Positions 8,597-17,295 of a stretch of DNA of 20,694 nucleotides are shown one piece after another (positions within the stretch are counted from its first letter, which is position 1; every line of letters starts with the position of its first letter). The notes below the pieces were generated by a model. The model was not told the DNA's origin. It was given only the letters and a program-made list of their open reading frames with translations, and did not search any database. Both the position numbers and the translations under genes were made by a program. The DNA comes from Candidatus Micrarchaeota archaeon (lineage in GTDB: Archaea > Micrarchaeota > Micrarchaeia > Norongarragalinales > SBBD01), in the NCBI GenBank assembly GCA_043813365.1, contig JBDRLB010000076.1, positions 1-20,694 of the forward strand, written 5' to 3'.

Positions 8597-8947
8597 TCAA
8601 TCAATGATGACGAATGCCTTGGTTTTGCTCAGTTTCCGGCATTCCATGAACTTGATCTTGTCCCCCTCCTTTACGTCGTAACATACGGGGATGTGCACAT
8701 GGAGTTTGCTCTTCCTTTTTTCGAAACGCTCGTATTTCTGGACCTTCCTTAAATACTGTATTTCCACAACTGCGGTTTTTGCCGCCTTGGTTGAAACAAC
8801 AAGGCCCTCGAAAATCCTCCCTTTTACCCGGAGGTGGCCGTGCTTCGGGCAGCGCTCGTCCTGGCATTGCCTTGGTTCAGATGCAACAGTTTCCTCTTTC
8901 CTGGGCTTTTTTTCCGCCTTGGTTTTCAATTGTTTCTCTTCGGCCAT
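8597..8947 (-). CDS. rps17: 30S ribosomal protein S17 (uS17)
   Basis: CQDERCPKHG-x-LRVKGR, KYERFEKR and ECRKLSKTKAF. Confidence 0.97.
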   Translation of the reverse strand: MAEEKQLKTKAEKKPRKEETVASEPRQCQDERCPKHGHLRVKGRIFEGLVVSTKAAKTAVVEIQYLRKVQKYERFEKRKSKLHVHIPVCYDVKEGDKIKFMECRKLSKTKAFVIID

Positions 8948-8952
8948 TTGAT

Positions 8953-9243
8953 CTACCCTAAATGCAATTCCTTGGAAAGCCTCTTGGTCCTATCCTCGGG
9001 CCTGCAGATGAGCAAACTCCCATCCACATTGAGGCCTTCGGGTTCGAAAAGGAAAACGTTGCCTTTCTTGGGGACAACAATCCTCCTGCCAGAAGCATCG
9101 AGCAAAAATGTGTTTTTGCTCTCGTCAATGATCGTCCCTTCCTTGCCCTGCAGAGATCTGCTGCTCGCTTTCGAAATCCGGACCTTTTTGCCTATCAACT
9201 CTCCGAGCAGGAAAGCATGTCCCCTGCTGAATTTTTTCCTCAT
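8953..9243 (-). CDS. rnp1: Ribonuclease P protein component 1 (Rpp29/Pop4)
   Basis: ELIGKKVRI...GKEGTIIDESKNTF...VPK...F-x-F...VDGSLLICRPEDR; canonical position upstream of S17. Confidence 0.93.
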   Translation of the reverse strand: MRKKFSRGHAFLLGELIGKKVRISKASSRSLQGKEGTIIDESKNTFLLDASGRRIVVPKKGNVFLFEPEGLNVDGSLLICRPEDRTKRLSKELHLG

Positions 9244-9247
9244 AAAC

Positions 9248-9339
9248 GTGACGGGAATGGATAGCGCTTGTTGATATCGGATTTGATGCAGCTTTGACCT
9301 GCCATAAGGCGGAAGTCAAACGACTATCAGACGCGTCAC
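9248..9339. ncRNA. Candidate structured RNA, either the 5' leader of the rnp1-spc operon or a small RNA
   Basis: Nested helices GTGACG/CGTCAC, GATAG/CTATC, TTTGAC/GTCAAA and CTGCC/GGCGG; TTTATAAA at ~9359-9366. Confidence 0.45.
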
Positions 9340-9358
9340 ATAATATTGGAACTTTGCT

Positions 9359-9366
9359 TTATAAAT
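9359..9366. promoter_or_regulatory. TATA box (TTTATAAA) in the divergent rnp1/thioredoxin intergenic region
   Basis: Archaeal TATA consensus. It is palindromic, and the spacing would place a minus-strand TSS near 9340. Confidence 0.55.
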
Positions 9367-9461
9367 GTTTCTGAAATACTGCTTCCGAAATGAAGCTGTA
9401 AAACAGCGATTATGCTCGAGTTTTTAATTATGCAATGCGTTAGGGAAAGGAGGTGCGTCGG

Positions 9462-9830
9462 ATGCGGCTTAATAAGTTCGTTGTAGCTTTGCTCGTGATT
9501 TTCATCGTAATTGGATTCTATTTCGTAACGTATGCATCCGCTCCGGGCGAGCATGACGCGTTCGCGCAATGCCTTTCCTCGAAGGATGCGACGATGTATG
9601 GGGCCTATTGGTGCAGCCATTGCAAAAATACGAAACTGGAATTCGGGAAATCGTGGAAATACATCAATTACGTCGAGTGTGATGCAGCAGGCCCAAATGG
9701 GAACCCCGACCTTTGCAGATTGAAGGGAGTGACCGGTTACCCAACGTGGGAAATCGCAGGTATGATGCAGCAGGGTGGCGAAATGTCGCTCGACAATCTG
9801 GCTGCAATAAGCGGATGCCCACTGATTTGA
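9462..9830 (+). CDS. Membrane-anchored thioredoxin-fold protein (VKOR-associated Trx-like)
   Basis: N-terminal TM, MYGAYWCSHC active site, YVEC and GVTGYPTW (cis-Pro); GGAGGTG RBS before ATG 9462. Confidence 0.9.
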   Translation: MRLNKFVVALLVIFIVIGFYFVTYASAPGEHDAFAQCLSSKDATMYGAYWCSHCKNTKLEFGKSWKYINYVECDAAGPNGNPDLCRLKGVTGYPTWEIAGMMQQGGEMSLDNLAAISGCPLI

Positions 9831-9837
9831 AGAGGAG

Positions 9838-10560
9838 TTAGGCCAGGTATTTTTTGCTTAATCTATACCTTGCGAGATGGTCAATTATTTCAAGCATCTG
9901 TGGATGATGGACTTCCAGGAAATGCTCCACCTCCGCTTTTGTCATGACCCTTCCCTTTACATACCTCTGGGAAAACTCGGTTTTACCATCATCTCCGCTT
10001 ATTAGTTTTTTGAAAAAATGAGGGAACCTTCTCCAGACATATTTTTTTAATTTTCCAAAAGGCTGAATTTCGATATTCAATTCATTGGGGTTTGACCAGT
10101 TATGGAGGGCGACAGCAGGATGGGGCTTTAGTAGGGAATTCTTGCCCATCCAATAATATACAGACATGGCTTTGTTTTTCCGGTCAGGATTGGAGTGGAA
10201 ATTTATAACGGGGACTTTGAAACCGCTATCATATATTTTTTTTAGCACTTGATCATCCGTCGGAATAGCGCGGATCCGCTTCGCTAATTGGTGAGGATCG
10301 AGTTTTTCTTTCCTTGCTTGGTAATACAGCCAAGTCGGGGTCCATTTAGGGGGGATAACAACAGTGACCGCACCCCGCTTCTGCCATTCATCGTGCTGGC
10401 TTTGCGCTATTTTCAGTGTGCCTTCATTGAGGTGGCGGCCCACGAGGATTATCACCCTACGGTCGATTTTCGGCACCCTGCGCAGCTGCGCAACCATATC
10501 CTCAATATTCTCAGGTCTGAGGAGCATGTTTTCAATATCAAAAATGAACTTAAAAAGCAT
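9838..10560 (-). CDS. Hypothetical protein, possibly a divergent M14/AstE-AspA-like zinc hydrolase
   Basis: IILVGRHLNEG (HxxE), VINFHS and LNIEI. The start may be 10527. Confidence 0.6.
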   Translation of the reverse strand: MLFKFIFDIENMLLRPENIEDMVAQLRRVPKIDRRVIILVGRHLNEGTLKIAQSQHDEWQKRGAVTVVIPPKWTPTWLYYQARKEKLDPHQLAKRIRAIPTDDQVLKKIYDSGFKVPVINFHSNPDRKNKAMSVYYWMGKNSLLKPHPAVALHNWSNPNELNIEIQPFGKLKKYVWRRFPHFFKKLISGDDGKTEFSQRYVKGRVMTKAEVEHFLEVHHPQMLEIIDHLARYRLSKKYLA

Positions 10561-10619
10561 GGCGTTGTAGGCAAATGACTTTTAACCTAATTGAATAAAA
10601 GTATTGCAAGGTGCCGATT

Positions 10620-10958
10620 ATGCCAGTTGTTGAATTTACAAGGAAGTTAATCGAAGAGGTTAAGGAGAGGTTCGTATCTGGGAATTACGACCCTCAAAAA
10701 AGATCCCTGACCGCAGTCATCGAGGGGAAAGATGTGCCCCCCATGGTTTGGAAAAGCCACGGGGCACTTCAAGCTGCCGGATATAGTATGCAGACACCCC
10801 TTGTCGAATATGGAGCGGGAAAGGCGTTTCACGTAGTCTTGACATTGAATAACCAATTCAAGCCCAAAAAGAAACAACCAGACGAAAGAATAAAAAAATT
10901 GTCGGAGGCTGGAGCTTTACTATTCGTGCATAGCCGGAAAGGGACGCAGGAGCGCTGA
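10620..10958 (+). CDS. Hypothetical protein
   Basis: ORF with AAGGTG upstream of ATG 10620; no recognised motif. Confidence 0.6.
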   Translation: MPVVEFTRKLIEEVKERFVSGNYDPQKRSLTAVIEGKDVPPMVWKSHGALQAAGYSMQTPLVEYGAGKAFHVVLTLNNQFKPKKKQPDERIKKLSEAGALLFVHSRKGTQER

Positions 10959-10993
10959 CGAAGAAATATCGAAATGCATTTGAAGTGAAAAAA

Positions 10994-12304
10994 ATGTTCG
11001 ATGTCGACTTGGAATTCGAAGCCGCGAGTTTGGTAAAAAGATTGAAGGCTAGAAAGGAAGGCAAATTGAGCAGGTCGGATCGCAGCGATACGATGGTTTT
11101 TGCGCAATTGGTTGCAAAGGGTGAAGAGCGGGAATTGAAAAAAGCCATTGAAAACCGGCTCATAATTCCCTCATCAAAACTAAGCAAGCGGATGAGATGG
11201 AAAATATTGCGTAACGGCCGGAGAATAAGCCGCACATATCTAATTCCCATGGATACTCCCTATGTTCATAGCTACGGGATTCCAGTTCATGATGTCCGCT
11301 CGCAAAATTATCTGATGATCAATAATGAGGATCTCGAGCAAGGTGCATGGAAGGGCAAGGGAACCGCTTTCATGACAGAAGACGTAACCTATGGGGTTGA
11401 TGAAAAAACCGGCAAGAAGCTATTGTTGAGGGGAAATTTGCTTTTCAGGTCCGAGGAGCATTCGGATGAGCGGAAATTATGGGGAGGCGGGCAGGTGCCT
11501 ACTTTGATGCATGCTATGGAATCCATACAGTTGATTAGGGATGAAATTGAGGTGGCGAAACGCGAGGGAGATCCCGCATTTGCCCTTGCAAAGAAATATG
11601 GTTGCGAAGAGCCCATTTTAATCCGCCCGTTCGGCATTTTCCGCCAGATGCAATTGCCAATAGCTATTGATTTTGATAGATTTGGAAATGATGACCCAGT
11701 GACGCCCTTGAACATTGGCAAAAAGACGAGGGAGCGGTTAATGAAAGTTGGAAGGGATAGGGCGGTGGAATTCATGGAATCCTTCAAAGCCAGACATTTT
11801 ACCGCGTTCAAGGATAAGCAGCGGGTAATCAAAGTGGGATTAAAAGAAGGGGGACGGATTTTGGGAATCCCTAAGAATTTCATGAAGAATTTAGGGATGA
11901 TGGGTTATACGAGCCCATGGAATGTGCGTTTATGGAAAGTAAAAAAATTTGCGCCAGTTTCAAGGGAAATTGCCCTCGGGCACCTAAACCGGTTTGCGGC
12001 ATCGCAGGGGCTTATTATACACGTTCTTCACAATCGGTTATCCCTATCCGGCGGGTCAAGGAAAAGCGGCTCGGTTCTTACTCCGCAAAATATCGGAATT
12101 GACCTTGCGGATTACCGGGCAATTTACCACGATTTTGATACAATCCGGCCTGCCAACCATTATGACGCCCTGACGTTGCCACGCGAATTGGCTTTTGCAA
12201 GAAGCAGCATACGTGACTTTGCAAATATTTTGGGATTATCAAAACCGGATGTCCGGGAAGCAGCTAGTATAATGACTAAAATTGCCAAAGGCGCCAGAGA
12301 ATAA
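10994..12304 (+). CDS. Hypothetical protein, possible SelO/protein-kinase-like fold
   Basis: Long ORF of about 436 aa with WKGKG, SPWNVRL and LTPQNIG...YHDFD motifs. Confidence 0.65.
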   Translation: MFDVDLEFEAASLVKRLKARKEGKLSRSDRSDTMVFAQLVAKGEERELKKAIENRLIIPSSKLSKRMRWKILRNGRRISRTYLIPMDTPYVHSYGIPVHDVRSQNYLMINNEDLEQGAWKGKGTAFMTEDVTYGVDEKTGKKLLLRGNLLFRSEEHSDERKLWGGGQVPTLMHAMESIQLIRDEIEVAKREGDPAFALAKKYGCEEPILIRPFGIFRQMQLPIAIDFDRFGNDDPVTPLNIGKKTRERLMKVGRDRAVEFMESFKARHFTAFKDKQRVIKVGLKEGGRILGIPKNFMKNLGMMGYTSPWNVRLWKVKKFAPVSREIALGHLNRFAASQGLIIHVLHNRLSLSGGSRKSGSVLTPQNIGIDLADYRAIYHDFDTIRPANHYDALTLPRELAFARSSIRDFANILGLSKPDVREAASIMTKIAKGARE

Positions 12305-12316
12305 ACCGGTAAAAAA

Positions 12317-13696
12317 CTATTTCCTATATTTCTTCCCGTATTTCTCCTTGTGCTCGGGCTTCGCGCGCTTCAGCTCGTCTTCAGGAAGCATGCTTGCCAG
12401 GTCCCAGCAGAGTTCGAGCGATTGCTCAATAGTGCGGTTCTCGTACTTTCCTTGCTGCACGAAACGCTGCTCGAATGCATCCGCAAACCTGAGGAATTTC
12501 CTGTCGCGTTCGGTGAGAGCTTCTTCTCCCACAACTGCAACGAGGTTTCGGAGATCCCTCCCTTCTGCGTAAGAAGCATATACTTGAGATGAAATACCCG
12601 CATGGTCTTCCCTTGTTTTTCCTTCCCCAATGCCCGAGTTCATCAACCTGCTTAAGGAAGGAAGAACGTCCACTGGAGGGAATATGTTTTTCCTGTAAAG
12701 GTCACGGGAAAGCACGAACTGCCCTTCCGTAATGTAGCCGGTAAGGTCGGGAATGGGGTGCGTAATGTCATCATCAGGCATGGAAAGGATCGGCAGCTGC
12801 GTAATCGAGCCCTTCTTCCCCTTTATCCTTCCTGCACGCTCATAAATGGATGCCAAATCGGTGTACATGTAGCCGGGGTAGCCCCTTCTTCCGGGCACTT
12901 CCTGCCTTGCAGCGGAAAGTTCCCTGAGAGTGTCGCAATACATTGTCATATCTGTAAGGATGACGAGCACTTGATAGTCTTTTTCGAATGCTAGGTATTC
13001 TGCCGTAGTAAGGGCTAGTCGGGGGGTAAGGATACGTTCAACTGAGGGATCGTTCGCCAAATTCAGGAACAAAATTGCTTTCTCAAGCGCGCCTGTTTTC
13101 TCGAAATCCTGTATGAAAAAGTTTGCTTCGGAATAAGTGATTCCCATTGCTGCGAATATAACCGTAAAGTCCTCCTTTTCCCCCAAAACAGTTGCCTGAC
13201 GAGCAATTTGAACTGCAAGATCGTTGTGCGGCAAGCCGGATGCTGAGAAAATGGGCAGCTTTTGCCCCCTTACAAGCGTGTTTGTGACATCAATGGTCGA
13301 GATGCCGGTCTGGATGAACTCCTTCGGTTCTGCACGTGCGAACGGGTTGATGGCATTCCCCGTAATGTCGACTTTCTCCTTTGAGATTATGGGTGCACCC
13401 TTATCAATGGGTTCTCCGGAACCGTTGAAAACGCGGCCGAACATCTCATCCGATACGGGAAAGCGCATAACATCGCCGGAAAAGCGGATGATGGTGGATT
13501 TGGTATCCAATCCTTGCGTTACCCCGAAAATCTGCACTGCCGCAAGCCCTTTCGATGTTTCCAGAACCTGCCCCTTCTTCCTTTCGCCATTTGGGAGCAT
13601 GATGTCGACCATTTCACCGTAAGCGGCATTCTCGACCCCTTCAACAATTAGGATGGGGCCAAAGACTTCCTTGACAGATTGGTATTCGCGAGTCAT
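12317..13696 (-). CDS. atpB: A/V-type ATP synthase subunit B
   Basis: [40 protein letters not shown] and [19 protein letters not shown]. Confidence 0.98.
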   Translation of the reverse strand: MTREYQSVKEVFGPILIVEGVENAAYGEMVDIMLPNGERKKGQVLETSKGLAAVQIFGVTQGLDTKSTIIRFSGDVMRFPVSDEMFGRVFNGSGEPIDKGAPIISKEKVDITGNAINPFARAEPKEFIQTGISTIDVTNTLVRGQKLPIFSASGLPHNDLAVQIARQATVLGEKEDFTVIFAAMGITYSEANFFIQDFEKTGALEKAILFLNLANDPSVERILTPRLALTTAEYLAFEKDYQVLVILTDMTMYCDTLRELSAARQEVPGRRGYPGYMYTDLASIYERAGRIKGKKGSITQLPILSMPDDDITHPIPDLTGYITEGQFVLSRDLYRKNIFPPVDVLPSLSRLMNSGIGEGKTREDHAGISSQVYASYAEGRDLRNLVAVVGEEALTERDRKFLRFADAFEQRFVQQGKYENRTIEQSLELCWDLASMLPEDELKRAKPEHKEKYGKKYRK

Positions 13697-13731
13697 ATTG
13701 ATTACCTTTTTTCCATATCGGATTTTTCCAA

Positions 13732-15465
13732 TTACTTCTTGAATGTCGAATCGATGCTCTTGATGATTTCGGAGATGCTCCTAAGCGCTTCCCCCTCCTC
13801 CTGCCGCTTCATGAGCGCGATCTGCTGCTTCTCCTTCGCATTTGCGATCTTTTCATAAGGCATTTCCGCTGTAAGTGCAGCAAGCGCCTTGTCGTAGAAG
13901 TGAAGGATCACTTTGAGCATTCCATGCTGCTTCTTTAACGTAGTGTAAACATCGACCTCATCATAGGAGTTCTGCTGCAGGAAATCCTCCCTGAGCATTT
14001 TAGTTACCTCGAGTACCAGCCTTTCCTTGTCGGGCAGCGCATCGGAGCCGATGAGCTGCACTATTGCCTGGAGTTCTGCCTCCTTCTGCAATAAGGCCAT
14101 TGCCTTGCTCCTTAATCCGAAGAAGTCCGAGGAGACGTTCTTGCCGTACCAGCTTTCGAGATTGTCCAAATAGAGAGAATAGGATTTCAGCCAATTAATG
14201 GCGGGGTAATGCCTCCTTCTTGAAAGGTTCGCATCCAGCGCCCAGAAAACTTTCGTGACCCTGAGGGTTGCCTGTGAAACCGGTTCTGAAAGGTCGCCTC
14301 CGGGAGGCGAAACCGCTCCAACCAATGAAACAGAGCCAGTGCGTTCCTTCGAACCTAGGGTGTGCACCCTTCCTGATCTTTCATAGAATTCTGCCAATCT
14401 CTTTGCAAGGTAGGCAGGATAGCCCTCCTCTCCGGGCATTTCCTCCATTCTTCCTGAAATTTCACGCATTGCCTCTGCCCATCTCGAGGTGCTGTCGGCC
14501 ATCATGGCAACATCATAACCCATATCGCGATAATATTCCCCGAGCGTAATCCCGGTGTAAATAGATGCTTCACGCGCCGCAACTGGCATATTCGAAGTGT
14601 TTGCAACCAATACCGTGCGGTTCATGAGCGGTTTTTTTGTTTTAGGGTCAACTAGTTTTGGGAATTCGGTAAGCACGTCGGTCATTTCGTTCCCCCTTTC
14701 CCCGCAGCCAACGTAAATGATGATGTCCGCATCCGCATATTTCGCCAGGTCCTGCTGGTTGACGGTTTTCCCCGAACCGAACGGGCCGGGGATTGCTGCG
14801 GTGCCTCCTTTTGCTATGGGGAAGAAGGTGTCCATGATGCGCTTCCCCGTAATAAGCGGAACATCGAGCGGGATTTTCTCCTTGTAAGGGCGAGGGGTCC
14901 TCACGGGCCATTTTTGTGCCAATGTGACTTCGGTTTTCCCGATTTCGCCGATCGCATCCTCGACATTGTAAGTGCCGCTTGAAAGCGACTGGATTTTTCC
15001 GGAAATCCCATTAGGGACAATTATGCGGTGCTCGAAATCCATTTCCTGTACGGTCCCCAGTATATCGCCGGAAACAACATCATCACCTTTCTTTGCCTTC
15101 GCCTCGAATTTCCACTTCTTCTTCCTGTCAAGCGCAGGTACAGTGATCCCCCTAGCGATGAAATCGCCGGATTTTTCCCTTATTGCCTCTAGTGGGCGCT
15201 GGATCCCGTCGAATATGGATGTGAGCAATCCCGGGCCAAGTTCCAATGACAATGGCGCATATGTCCTCTTGACTGGCTCGCCTGGCCGCAGGCCGGAGGT
15301 TTCCTCGTAAACCTGAATGGAGGCGCGATCATACCTCAAGGCGATGATTTCTCCCATCAAATCGCTATCGCCCACCCGGACGATTTCATTGATTTGCGCC
15401 CCGGACATTCCAGTCGCTTGCACGACCGGCCCGGAGATTTTCGAAAGCACTGCTCCATTGGCCAT
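13732..15465 (-). CDS. atpA: A/V-type ATP synthase catalytic subunit A (no intein)
   Basis: P-loop [40 protein letters not shown] and [11 protein letters not shown]. Confidence 0.98.
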   Translation of the reverse strand: MANGAVLSKISGPVVQATGMSGAQINEIVRVGDSDLMGEIIALRYDRASIQVYEETSGLRPGEPVKRTYAPLSLELGPGLLTSIFDGIQRPLEAIREKSGDFIARGITVPALDRKKKWKFEAKAKKGDDVVSGDILGTVQEMDFEHRIIVPNGISGKIQSLSSGTYNVEDAIGEIGKTEVTLAQKWPVRTPRPYKEKIPLDVPLITGKRIMDTFFPIAKGGTAAIPGPFGSGKTVNQQDLAKYADADIIIYVGCGERGNEMTDVLTEFPKLVDPKTKKPLMNRTVLVANTSNMPVAAREASIYTGITLGEYYRDMGYDVAMMADSTSRWAEAMREISGRMEEMPGEEGYPAYLAKRLAEFYERSGRVHTLGSKERTGSVSLVGAVSPPGGDLSEPVSQATLRVTKVFWALDANLSRRRHYPAINWLKSYSLYLDNLESWYGKNVSSDFFGLRSKAMALLQKEAELQAIVQLIGSDALPDKERLVLEVTKMLREDFLQQNSYDEVDVYTTLKKQHGMLKVILHFYDKALAALTAEMPYEKIANAKEKQQIALMKRQEEGEALRSISEIIKSIDSTFKK

Positions 15466-15466
15466 A

Positions 15467-15553
15467 ATCACTAACCTCGTTCTCGAAATCAGGTTTATCC
15501 GCTAAGCGTTTACAATTAGCGTAAGGGAAGATTTCGACGATATCAGAAGTGAT
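15467..15553 (-). promoter_or_regulatory. Long hairpin in the putative atpA 5' leader that covers the RBS
   Basis: On the minus strand ATCA/TGAT, CTGAT/GTTAG (G-U pairs), TCG/CGA, TCGAAATC/GATTTCGA and CGCTAA/TTAGCG nest into one stem ending just before ATG. Confidence 0.45.
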
Positions 15554-15680
15554 GATTAAAGGGAAAAAAGGTTTTTAATGGTTGCTTTTAAAGCCCAAGG
15601 AATCGGATGGCTGTTAAGCATGGGCTTTTTCCCGTTTGCCTTTTCAAACATTATATAATAGTCATCCCCCTAATCAAAAT

Positions 15681-16418
15681 ATGATAGACGCGCATTGCCA
15701 TATTTCACATGTGCAGTTCAACGCGGACAGGCACGAAGTGCTTTCGAGGGCAAAGAAGAAGCTGCAGGCGATTGTTGAGGTCGGCGGCAATCTCGAGCAG
15801 AACCAGGATGCGGTTTCGTTGAAGCACCAGAACAAGGGGTTCGTGCTTGCTGTTGCCGGGGTATCGCCGCATTTTGTGATGCAGACGCGGGTCATGGAGG
15901 AAGTGGAGTTCATCGAGCGCAATTCAGAGGATTTGGTTGCAATAGGGGAAATTGGGCTGGAATACCATTATTTCAAGGAAGAGGCAGAGCATGAGAGGCA
16001 AAAGCAGGTATTCCGGGAAATGCTCATGCTTGCGGAGAAGATGCAGCTTCCCGTTGTGATACATTGCAGGGAGGCTTGGGAGGATTTGCTGCTGATATTG
16101 GCGGATTTCCCCCAACAGAAGGTAATGCTGCATTTCTTCAACAAGCCCCCGTACCTGAAGGAAGCGCTCAGGAGGGGCTACTGGATAAGCATTGCCACGC
16201 TGAAAAGCAAGGATGTTGACAAGGCCATAAAGGAAACGCCGCTTAATTCGCTGCTCACGGAAACCGACTCGCCCTATTTATGGAGCGGGGGGAGGAATGA
16301 GCCTGCTAATGTCGCAAATGTATACGAACGGATAGCCAAAATCAAGGATACGACTGTTGATGAGGTCAACAATGCAATCATGGCGAATGCGAGCAAATTC
16401 TTCGAATTGCCGTTCTAG
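15681..16418 (+). CDS. tatD: TatD-family metal-dependent nuclease/hydrolase
   Basis: MIDAHCH, AIGEIGLEY, PVVIHCREA, LLTETDSPYL and RNEP. TTATATAA at 15651-15658 suggests a leaderless start at ATG 15681. Confidence 0.95.
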   Translation: MIDAHCHISHVQFNADRHEVLSRAKKKLQAIVEVGGNLEQNQDAVSLKHQNKGFVLAVAGVSPHFVMQTRVMEEVEFIERNSEDLVAIGEIGLEYHYFKEEAEHERQKQVFREMLMLAEKMQLPVVIHCREAWEDLLLILADFPQQKVMLHFFNKPPYLKEALRRGYWISIATLKSKDVDKAIKETPLNSLLTETDSPYLWSGGRNEPANVANVYERIAKIKDTTVDEVNNAIMANASKFFELPF

Positions 16419-16506
16419 AGGGGGAGCGTCCAATCCGGACAAGGGGGAAACTTCCCCCGCCGCGGATATGGCGAATGCGAGCAAATTCTTCGAGATTCCG
16501 TTCTGA
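16380..16506 (+). repeat. Direct duplication of the tatD 3' end (26 nt identical, ~39 nt similar)
   Basis: ATGGCGAATGCGAGCAAATTCTTCGA at 16380-16405 and 16468-16493. Confidence 0.9.
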
Positions 16507-16637
16507 TAGAGTGGGAATGCGCAATCTCCCCAATCGGCTCATCATTCGTTTTCTGGTCATTGATTGCATTTATAAATTTTATTTGCTTCAACATATTTCC
16601 TGATTTTATCGTTTTCAATTGTTAGGGGAGAATTGCA

Positions 16638-17294
16638 ATGAGCAAGGAATCGGTAAGGCCGACAAGGATGGAGATGCTTAATACGAAGCAGAAGCTGCTG
16701 CTCGCCTCGAAGGGGCATTTCATATTGAAGCAGAAAAGGGATGCGCTTGTGCCGGAATTCTTCAGGCTTGTGAAGAAGGCAAGGAACCTCAGGAAGGAAG
16801 TGGATGCGGAGATGGCAAAGGCGTTCAAGGCGCTGGCAATTGCGAAAGCGTTCCACGGGGACCTGTTCGTTGAAACTGCCGCACTTGGATCGAAAAAAGT
16901 GCCTGAAATCAATGTGAAAACACGCAACATCATGGGAGTGAAAATCGCGGATATTGAGGGAATAGATGTTAAGAAGAGCCTTATGAATCGCGGCTATTCG
17001 ATCAGGGGCTCATCCGCCAAATTCGATGCGGCCGTAGAGCATTTCGAGAACGCACTGAACATGATCATCCAGCTTGCGGAATTCGAGACTGCATTGCGGA
17101 GACTGCTCCGGGAAATCGAGAAAACCAATCGCAAAGTCAATGCACTTGAGTTCAACATCCAGCCGAATTTGAAGGAGACTATCAAGGAGATACAGGCGCA
17201 CCTGAACAGGCTGGAGAGCGAGGCTTTCTACGCGCTCAAAGTCACGAAGAAGAAGCTCTCGAAGAAGGATTCGGGGGAAGAGGAGAACAACTAG
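16638..17294 (+). CDS. atpD: A/V-type ATP synthase subunit D
   Basis: VRPTRMEML, GHFILKQKRDAL, NIMGV and EIEKTNRKVNALE; TTTATAAA at ~16569. Confidence 0.97.
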   Translation: MSKESVRPTRMEMLNTKQKLLLASKGHFILKQKRDALVPEFFRLVKKARNLRKEVDAEMAKAFKALAIAKAFHGDLFVETAALGSKKVPEINVKTRNIMGVKIADIEGIDVKKSLMNRGYSIRGSSAKFDAAVEHFENALNMIIQLAEFETALRRLLREIEKTNRKVNALEFNIQPNLKETIKEIQAHLNRLESEAFYALKVTKKKLSKKDSGEEENN

Positions 17295-17295
17295 T

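Noticed and set aside
9248..9339. 5S rRNA, SRP RNA or RNase P RNA identity for the structured element
   Set aside because: The conserved motifs (CCGAAC loop, SRP helix-8 motif, GAGGAAAGTCC) are absent and the element is too short.
13715..13727. ATATCGGATTT shared between the atpA-atpB spacer and the rnp1 leader
   Set aside because: One 11-mer match among all intergenic sequence is within chance expectation.
13732..15465. Intein in AtpA
   Set aside because: The length is normal and the P-loop region is uninterrupted.
15590..15628. AAAGCCCA/TGGGCTTT inverted repeat between the atpA and tatD promoters
   Set aside because: A single 8-bp pair with a long spacer and no other support.
16380..16506. 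Possible mini CRISPR array
   Set aside because: Only two copies, one is tatD coding sequence, the spacer is 62 nt, and no cas genes are in the window.
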